Shown here: piece by piece, positions 57,899 to 64,000 of the stretch | How positions within the stretch are numbered: the stretch's first letter is position 1 | Layout of the letters: every line of letters starts with the position of its first letter | DNA from: Candidatus Altimarinota bacterium | GTDB taxonomy: Bacteria > Patescibacteriota > Gracilibacteria > BD1-5 > UBA2023 | NCBI GenBank assembly: GCA_043770315.1 | Contig: JAYVIJ010000043.1 | Span: 1,399 to 65,398, forward strand | Direction: 5' to 3' | Length of the DNA: 64,000 nt | The notes under the pieces: generated by a model | The model's database searches: none | Seen by the model: only the letters and a program-made list of their open reading frames with translations | What the model was told of the DNA's origin: nothing | Translations under genes and position numbers: made by a program

Positions 57899-59776
57899 AT
57901 GTCGAAAATTATCGGTATCGACCTCGGAACTACGAACTCATGTGTCGCCTTCATGGAAGGTGGACAAGCAAAGGTGATCCCGAATACAGAAGGAGGGAAC
58001 ACGACTCCATCAGTCGTCGCTCTGAAGAAAGACGGTGAGACGATCGTCGGTATGCCTGCACGTCGTCAGTCTGTCACGAATCCTGGAAAGACGATCTTCT
58101 CTGCAAAACGCTTCATCGGACGCAAGTTCTCTGAAGTCACAGAAGAACTCAAGGCAGTACCATTTAAGGTCACGAAAGGTGATGATGGTGGATGTATGAT
58201 CGAATGGGACGGCAAGCCTGTCCGCCCAGAAGAGATCTCTGCGAAAGTCCTCGAAAAGCTCAAACATGATGCCGAGAAATATCTCGGTCAGAAAGTCACA
58301 GAAGCCGTCATCACGGTGCCTGCATACTTTAATGACTCTGAGCGTCAAGCGACGATCAATGCGGGAAAGATCGCTGGACTCGACGTCAAGCGTATCGTGA
58401 ACGAGCCTACTGCCGCAGCCCTCGCGTACGGAGCAGATAAGAACAAAGATCAGAAAGTAGCTGTATATGACTTCGGTGGTGGTACCTTCGATATCTCTAT
58501 CCTCGAGATCGGAGCAGAAGGGACATTCGAAGTACTCGCGACCAATGGTGATACGCACCTCGGAGGTGATGACTTCGATCAGAAGATCTTCGAATACGTC
58601 ATGAATGAGTTCCAGAAAGAGACCGGGATCGACCTTCGCAAGGATGCTATGGCAGTCCAGCGTGTCCGTTCTGCTTCAGAAAAAGCAAAGATCGAACTCT
58701 CATCTGCGACTTCTACTGAGATCAATGAACCATTCATCGCGATGAATGATGGAGTACCAAGCAACCTGAATATGACGATCACTCGTGCGAAGTTCGAAGA
58801 GCTCATCGCTGATCTCGTCGAGCGCTCTATGGAGCCTTGCCGAAAAGTGATGAAAGATGCAGGACTTCAAGCAGATCAGATCCATGAAGTCATCCTCGTC
58901 GGAGGATCGACTCGTGTCCCGATGATCAAGGCGAAAGTCGAACAATTTTTCAAGAAAAAACCAAACGAATCCGTCCATCCAGATGAAGCGGTCGCTCTCG
59001 GTGCTGCGATCCAAGCGGGGATCATCCAAGGAGATGTGAAGGATGTCCTCCTTCTCGATGTCACTCCACTTTCTCTCGGTATCGAGACACTCGGTGGTGT
59101 CATGACTCGTATGGTCGAACGCAACACGACGATCCCAAGTAGTAAATCTCAGGTCTACTCGACGGCTGCAGATAACCAAGATAGCGTAGAGATCCACATC
59201 CTCCAAGGTGAGCGTGAAATGGCGAATGACAATAAGTCACTCGGACGATTCATCCTCTCGGGCATCGCGAATGCTCCACGTGGTATACCACAGATCGAAG
59301 TCACCCTCGATATCGATGCCTCTGGAGTCCTCCATGTCACAGCCAAAGATAAGGGAACTGGAAAAGAGCAAAAAATCACAGTGCAGGGAAGTACTGGTAT
59401 GAGCGATGATGAAGTGGATAAACTCGTGAAAGAAGCAGAAGCCAACCGCGAAGCTGATAAGAAGAAGAAAGAATCTATCGAAGTCCGCAATCACGCTGAC
59501 TCTATGGTCTACCAGTCTGAGAAGACCCTCGAAGAGAACAAAGGAAAGTACGATGAGAAAGACGGAGAGACTGCGAAGTCGGCTCTCGAGCGTCTCAAGC
59601 AAGTCCTCGCAGACAGCAACTCTTCGAAAGAAGATATAGAAGAAGCGAATAAGACACTCTCTGATGTCATGATGAAGATCGGACAAGCCATCTACTCGCA
59701 TGCAGGAGATCCTGAGAAAGCCGAAGAGAAGAAAAATGATGATGGAAGTGTCGAGGCAGAGGTAGAGGAGAAGTAG
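57899..59776 (+). CDS. dnaK: Molecular chaperone DnaK (Hsp70)
   Basis: [22 protein letters not shown]..., DLGGGTFD-type [26 protein letters not shown]. 625 aa. Contains no TGA codon at all. Confidence 0.96.
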   Translation: MSKIIGIDLGTTNSCVAFMEGGQAKVIPNTEGGNTTPSVVALKKDGETIVGMPARRQSVTNPGKTIFSAKRFIGRKFSEVTEELKAVPFKVTKGDDGGCMIEWDGKPVRPEEISAKVLEKLKHDAEKYLGQKVTEAVITVPAYFNDSERQATINAGKIAGLDVKRIVNEPTAAALAYGADKNKDQKVAVYDFGGGTFDISILEIGAEGTFEVLATNGDTHLGGDDFDQKIFEYVMNEFQKETGIDLRKDAMAVQRVRSASEKAKIELSSATSTEINEPFIAMNDGVPSNLNMTITRAKFEELIADLVERSMEPCRKVMKDAGLQADQIHEVILVGGSTRVPMIKAKVEQFFKKKPNESVHPDEAVALGAAIQAGIIQGDVKDVLLLDVTPLSLGIETLGGVMTRMVERNTTIPSSKSQVYSTAADNQDSVEIHILQGEREMANDNKSLGRFILSGIANAPRGIPQIEVTLDIDASGVLHVTAKDKGTGKEQKITVQGSTGMSDDEVDKLVKEAEANREADKKKKESIEVRNHADSMVYQSEKTLEENKGKYDEKDGETAKSALERLKQVLADSNSSKEDIEEANKTLSDVMMKIGQAIYSHAGDPEKAEEKKNDDGSVEAEVEEK

Positions 59777-59782
59777 TAACGT

Positions 59783-59812
59783 AATCCCCACTTATTTGAG
59801 TGGGGATTTTTC
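59783..59812 (+). terminator. Rho-independent terminator of dnaK
   Basis: aatccccact-tatttg-agtggggatt followed by a T-run. Confidence 0.7.
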
Positions 59813-59826
59813 TAAATACGGTTTAC

Positions 59827-60989
59827 ATGCCATTTAAAAATCAACTAAAAGCGTCACAGGTAATACAATTTCTTAAACAGAAGGATTATGAGTATAAAAA
59901 AGAGATGTGACAATGATGATTATGAAGAACAATTTTATTGAGGGATCCTATTGTGGATTTAGATTTTGTGTGTAAGAAATATTCACCAGAGAGTTGAATC
60001 GGTGATTTATATTTTCCACATTTTATCCAAGAGATCCGAGTTCTACATTTAATGCATCATAAAAATATTGTAAGGGTATTTAATTACTACTTATATCCAG
60101 AGCAAAGAACAGGATATATTCTTATGGAATATATTGAATGAAGTCATATTGATAAGTATCTATTTGAAAATCAAGTAAAATTAATGATATTTTTTCTCAA
60201 CTTATTGATGGATTTGTGTATTTAGATGAAAATAGCATCTTACATAGAGATATTCGTCCTGCAAATATAATGGTTTCTGATGAAGGACTTGCTAAAATTA
60301 TCGATTTTTGATTTGGAAAAAAAATTGAAACATCAATTGACAACAATAAAAGTATTAGCTTGAACTGGCGATATGCTCCACCAGATGAGTTCACTGAATG
60401 ACAATATACAATATCTACAGATATATATTTTTTAGGAAAACTTTTTGAAGAAATCATTAAAAAAGATCCTGACTTGTATAATTTTCAATATACAGAGTTA
60501 CTTAAAAAAATGGTAAAACCATCTCCTAGCGATAGATATAATAGATTTATCGAGGTTCAGAATGATATTCTATCTTTAGAAGGAGACGATAATGGCTTTG
60601 AAGTATCATTTTCAGATGAAGATAAGTCAGACTATAGGGGCTTTGCGTGAGAATTATTACACTCCTTGTCTAAAATATCTAATGATATTACGTACGTTAC
60701 TGATATTGAAGAAATACAAAAAAAATTATCAGATATATATAAAAATAGTATGCTAGAAGATGTTGTTTACGATATGGTCTGATTAATTAATGTCTTTATT
60801 AAATGAGAATGGACATATTATTCAAAAAGACAGATGTTCACATCAACTCTAGGGTCGTTCTTAAAATTATTGAAATCACACTCAAAGGATGAGCAGAAAA
60901 TTATTTTAGATCACTTGCGTATTCGTATAAGTGGTATTGATCGAATAAAGAATCCAGATGAAATTAGCATCGAGGATATTCCATTTTAG
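59827..60989 (+). pseudogene. Ser/Thr protein kinase with an apparent 1-nt frameshift between subdomains V and VI
   Basis: Frame 1 (from 59827): G-loop EM-G-Q-G-G-L-G-RT (four TGA), FVCKKY, IQEIRVLHLMHHKNIV, GYILMEYIE-G-, then TAG at 60223. Frame 0 (open from 60156): INDIFSQLIDGFVYLDENSILHRDIRPANI, IIDF-G-FGK, to TAG 60987-60989. The shift maps to the gtaaaatt run at about 60175-60182. Confidence 0.7.
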
Positions 60990-61074
60990 ATAGTTCTTCC
61001 ACTTCGGAGGGATTTTTTTATTGCCAACATGAAACAATTATGTTATAATTAATTATAATTATTATTTGGCAAGT

Positions 61075-61803
61075 ATGGAACAACTTCAATTTCAAGAGAT
61101 GCTCGATGAGATCGATTCGCTCAAAATAAAGCGAAGAGAGTGACTCCAAAAAACTTCATACTTTCGAAATCATCCAGATTACTTAGAGTTTCTTCTTCGA
61201 ATTACCTATGAGCTTACAGATAAGGATTTTGAATATTTTGTTGCATATATTTTGAAGCATGATGGATTTACTAGTATTATAGTACAAGGTTGATATAAAG
61301 ATGGTGGTACTGATATAGTTGCTGAAAAGAACTGAAAAACTTTTCTTATTCAGTGCAAACAATGGGCTAGTCCATATGTAACAATGAAGAAAGCAGGAGA
61401 ATTTTATGGAACGATTTATCCGCTTAAGAAAAAAAATCCAGATGCAGTTATTGCGTATGTAACGACCAGTTATATAAACGATGAAGTTTGAGACTTTTTT
61501 CATATCCACTGAATTGACTGAACAATTTCGAATGGAGAACTTCTAGATTCTTGTCGTGAATTGTGACTTTTTACCGAGGAATGATGGGGTAGGTTGATTC
61601 GATATATAAAGCAAGAACGAATTTTAAAATTAAGAGAAGAATTTCAGTCTTCACTTCCTGTTGAAAGTATTTTAAATAAGTTACAAAGACAACGAGTATA
61701 TGAATTAAGAAATCATCTCCAACCTAGTAGACATAAAGCATATATCAATTCAAGTTCGATTGATTACTCTGTGAATTTTTTTCAATACTGGAACCTCGTA
61801 TAA
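61075..61803 (+). CDS. Mrr-like restriction endonuclease domain protein
   Basis: 242 aa. DFEYFVAYILKHDGFTSIIVQG-G-YKDGGTDIVAEKN-G-KTFLIQCKQW is the Mrr-type catalytic core (D...D...QxK). ISNGELLD follows. The C-terminal ~70 aa are unassigned. Confidence 0.75.
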
Positions 61804-61813
61804 GACTTTTCCT

Positions 61814-62656
61814 ATGAATAAATGTCCATATACACTCTTCCGCGCGATCACCCAGAAGCTACGATGAGTCTCACCAGAGATATCGAAGGATGATCCCAAA
61901 TTTCAGACTTATAAAATGATAGGTGTCTATCTGCAGGAGATATTCCCGCAGAGTTTTTTCGATCAGATTCTTCTCGAGGTAGAACATATAGATGAAAGTG
62001 GTAGGATCGTCTGAATTGATCTCGATGATGAGATGAGATGATTATGAGATGACATGGCTCAGCTTGTAGAATGTGGATCATTGCAGTCGAGTCTTGCAAA
62101 GAAAGTGTATTATTTGAATGAGCGATGCAAGCAGGCGGTGATAGATTTTTTTATGATGCGAGACTCAGAGAATCCAAATGCATATACACTTATCTGAATC
62201 TCATGAGATTCAGATTTTAATGCTGCCGTACGCTGAGGTATAGGGACATTCTTTCATGAGTTTCTTTTTTGTATATCGGGATTTACTTATGAATGAGCGA
62301 AAAATGGTCCAATAATCGTAAGTAATATCACAGCGATACATGGAGAGAAGGCTTCTATAGAAAAGACGCTTCGAATGTCTGGATTTTTATCGAGATCGAA
62401 CATTCAGTTTTTACCGAGCAACTATACATTCGATGTATCGACTTGACTCCTTACTCGAGTGAATGGCATGAGGGAGCCATATAAGAATAACGCTGTCGGA
62501 TGTCCTGCTATTCGCAAATTCTCATGATGAGATGAGCCAGTATTTCATCGTATGTTTGAGACTCTGTGGAAAGTAGTGACATCGGAATTACCGGTAATAA
62601 GTCATACTCATATTATCGAAGCGACATCAGGGCAAGTATGTAGACGAATAGAATAG
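61814..62656 (+). CDS. Hypothetical protein (280 aa)
   Basis: ATG 61814 to TAG 62654-62656, read codon by codon with eleven in-frame TGA. Begins 10 nt after the Mrr-like gene. No motif recognised. Confidence 0.6.
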
Positions 62657-62701
62657 ATAAGATTATTTAGAACTATTGACATTCATATATAAATTATACT
62701 T

Positions 62702-63559
62702 ATGTCAATAGAACAACATACATCCATAGATGGTGCGCTGACACTTGCACCGCAATTATTTTTTCTCAGTATTGGGACGACGGAGGACCTTACCAGATGA
62801 GTCGAAAATATGGAGCAGATACAAGCTCGCATGTACCACTATCTGTCTCAAGCCCGAGCCCTTCTCGATAAGCCGAGAGCGGGATGGATGCATGACTATA
62901 AGAAAATTCCAGAAAAGTATTGGGAGACGGTCGGAGCACATATGGTGAAAGTCGGTATCGCAGGATATAAAATCCCAGATGGACTTCTCAAGTGGCATTT
63001 ACGGAGAAATGAGGTACCATCAGCAGAGCTTTTACAGATTTATGCAGATACGAATACGCGTATTCGTATCACGAGAAAGGGATTTTTTCATGATTTCCAA
63101 GAGTGGGGCAAAAACCCTGACCTCACCCCAGGAGAAGCGACCAAAGAAGAGCAAGATCGTATAGAGTATGAGGCAATGCTCGAATATGCTCGTGCATATG
63201 GTGATGACTTTCCATTGCGAATGTATGAAAGTATGCGTGAGAAAACACTCGAAAATGAGATGGTAATGAATCCTGATAAAATGGACGCAGCCGTGAGGCT
63301 CTCAATTATGAACGAGAGGTTCCAGGTTGCGATGTATCAGAATTCTTCCCCTATACGTTTCGAAAACTTACTTTTCCTATGATGAAGGAAATTCTCGCTA
63401 CCCTCATCGACCATAGGAATGACTATCCAAATGATTTTTTTATTCAATATGATTCGCTCTTATTTCATGGAGGGAATATCGATGCATGGAAGAGGGAAAT
63501 GGATCTTCGAGCTCGTTTGGTCTAGTATGGGAACTCTCTGCGAAACTCGGGAGATTTAA
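62702..63559 (+). CDS. HD-domain phosphohydrolase (YfbR / HD_3-like); 3' end uncertain
   Basis: LLDKPRAGWMHD...ETVGAHMVKV and GFFHDFQEW (HD dyad). Under strict table 25 the ORF runs to TAA 63557-63559. Protein-like sequence, however, ends at the tandem TGA-TGA at 63380-63385. An alternative start is ATG 62810. Confidence 0.65.
63379..63525 (+). CDS. Possible 48-aa ORF starting in the ATGATGA junction
   Basis: MMKEILATLIDHRNDYPNDFFIQYDSLLFHGGNIDAWKREMDLRARLV looks more protein-like than the overlapping read-through tail of the HD ORF. No family recognised. Confidence 0.3.
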   Translation: MMKEILATLIDHRNDYPNDFFIQYDSLLFHGGNIDAWKREMDLRARLV

Positions 63560-63584
63560 GGAGCGGTGGTGAGATGATTAGAAT

Positions 63585-63617
63585 AATCCCTCCATTTTGG
63601 AGGGATTTTCTATTTTT
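63585..63617. terminator. Bidirectional rho-independent terminator
   Basis: aatccctcc-atttt-ggagggatt followed by ttctattttt, between convergent genes. Confidence 0.6.
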
Positions 63618-63951
63618 GTGGAAGTGTACGTATTCTCATTCGATGAGATGTTCTATTCGGTCATCCAAATTCTTCGAGTCTTTCATACGTTCCGATCATC
63701 GTATTGCCATCGAGTGCAGTCACTACGCCATTTTGCGTCCATCATATTATCTGACCTCCTACCATAGTTCCACGAGGAGTCTTATCTCATTCCCATACAA
63801 GTTCAAATATACTTCATTGTTTCTGACGAGTATCACCAATGACTGTAGTAAGAGGCTCACTCATCAGTGGGAATCAGGGTATCTGATCGGGAGTATCGAC
63901 AGTCGATATCTCCATAACTGATACATGTGGATGTGGAACTTGCCATGACAT
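63610..63951 (-). CDS. Hypothetical protein (113 aa)
   Basis: ORF with five in-frame TGA, ATG 63949-63951 to TAG 63610-63612. No motif recognised. The opposite-strand track ORF 63574..63921 looks less protein-like. Confidence 0.4.
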
Positions 63952-64000
63952 GTAATGTATATTAATTATTAAATATAATATGTCAATCTATCTAGAGAGC

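Noticed and set aside
58010-59791. Long minus-strand ORFs (58010..58558, 58700..59206, 59237..59791) opposite dnaK.
   Set aside because: They are antisense shadows of a strongly conserved gene. Their translations are low-complexity (Arg/Ser/Asp-rich) and match no motif.
60998-61020. Possible terminator after the kinase gene (ccac-ttcg-gagg followed by a T-run).
   Set aside because: The stem has only three to four base pairs with a mismatch. That is too weak to call, and the downstream Mrr-like gene may be co-transcribed.
1-64000. The fragmented six-frame ORF track suggests massive pseudogenisation or poor assembly.
   Set aside because: Fragments of each gene are in the same frame and separated only by TGA. 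Reading TGA as Gly restores full-length orthologs (hisS, gatA, mfd, uvrB, prfA and others) that all end in TAA/TAG.
1-64000. Genetic code 4 (TGA = Trp, as in Mycoplasma).
   Set aside because: TGA aligns with invariant glycines (GxGxxG kinase loop, DFG, methyltransferase motif I, HisRS D.GGR, UvrB GDQP). Tryptophan is encoded by TGG throughout.

Overview
This 64-kb window appears to come from a low-GC Candidate Phyla Radiation bacterium that reads TGA as glycine (translation table 25, Gracilibacteria / Absconditabacteria-SR1 type). That is why the supplied standard-code ORF track is fragmented. Joining same-frame fragments through TGA gives about 55 intact genes, and every one of them ends in TAA or TAG. 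I checked the long ORFs codon by codon for in-frame TAA/TAG.

Housekeeping genes recognised: hisS, gatA, tag, an M15 (VanY-like) peptidase, corA, prfA (RF1), galU, yraN, ruvA, earP, mfd, frr, uvrB, bcp, dnaK, a CHASE2 adenylate cyclase and a type IV pilin. There are three tRNAs (Leu-CAA, initiator-like Met-CAT, Met-CAT), each locus with decayed tRNA-like copies beside it.

Roughly half of the window is accessory:
- A ~10-kb minus-strand operon (6238-16239) of secreted or membrane-anchored cysteine-rich proteins. One carries FN3, EGF-like repeats and an internal Hint (bacterial intein-like) domain.
- A second copy of a two-gene cassette (28117-31484), followed by a PEP-CTERM-like protein and a FecR-like protein.
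- A 1328-aa orphan, a lipoprotein and a 1786-aa repeat adhesin (41820-51465).
- A 1411-aa orphan (20933-25168).
- An operon of seven small unknown proteins upstream of dnaK.
- An AT-rich cluster after dnaK (59827-63559) with a frameshifted Ser/Thr kinase, an Mrr-like nuclease, an unknown protein and an HD hydrolase. I flag this as a candidate defence island.

I saw no rRNA, CRISPR array, transposase or integrase. All product calls rest on motif recognition by eye, not on database searches.
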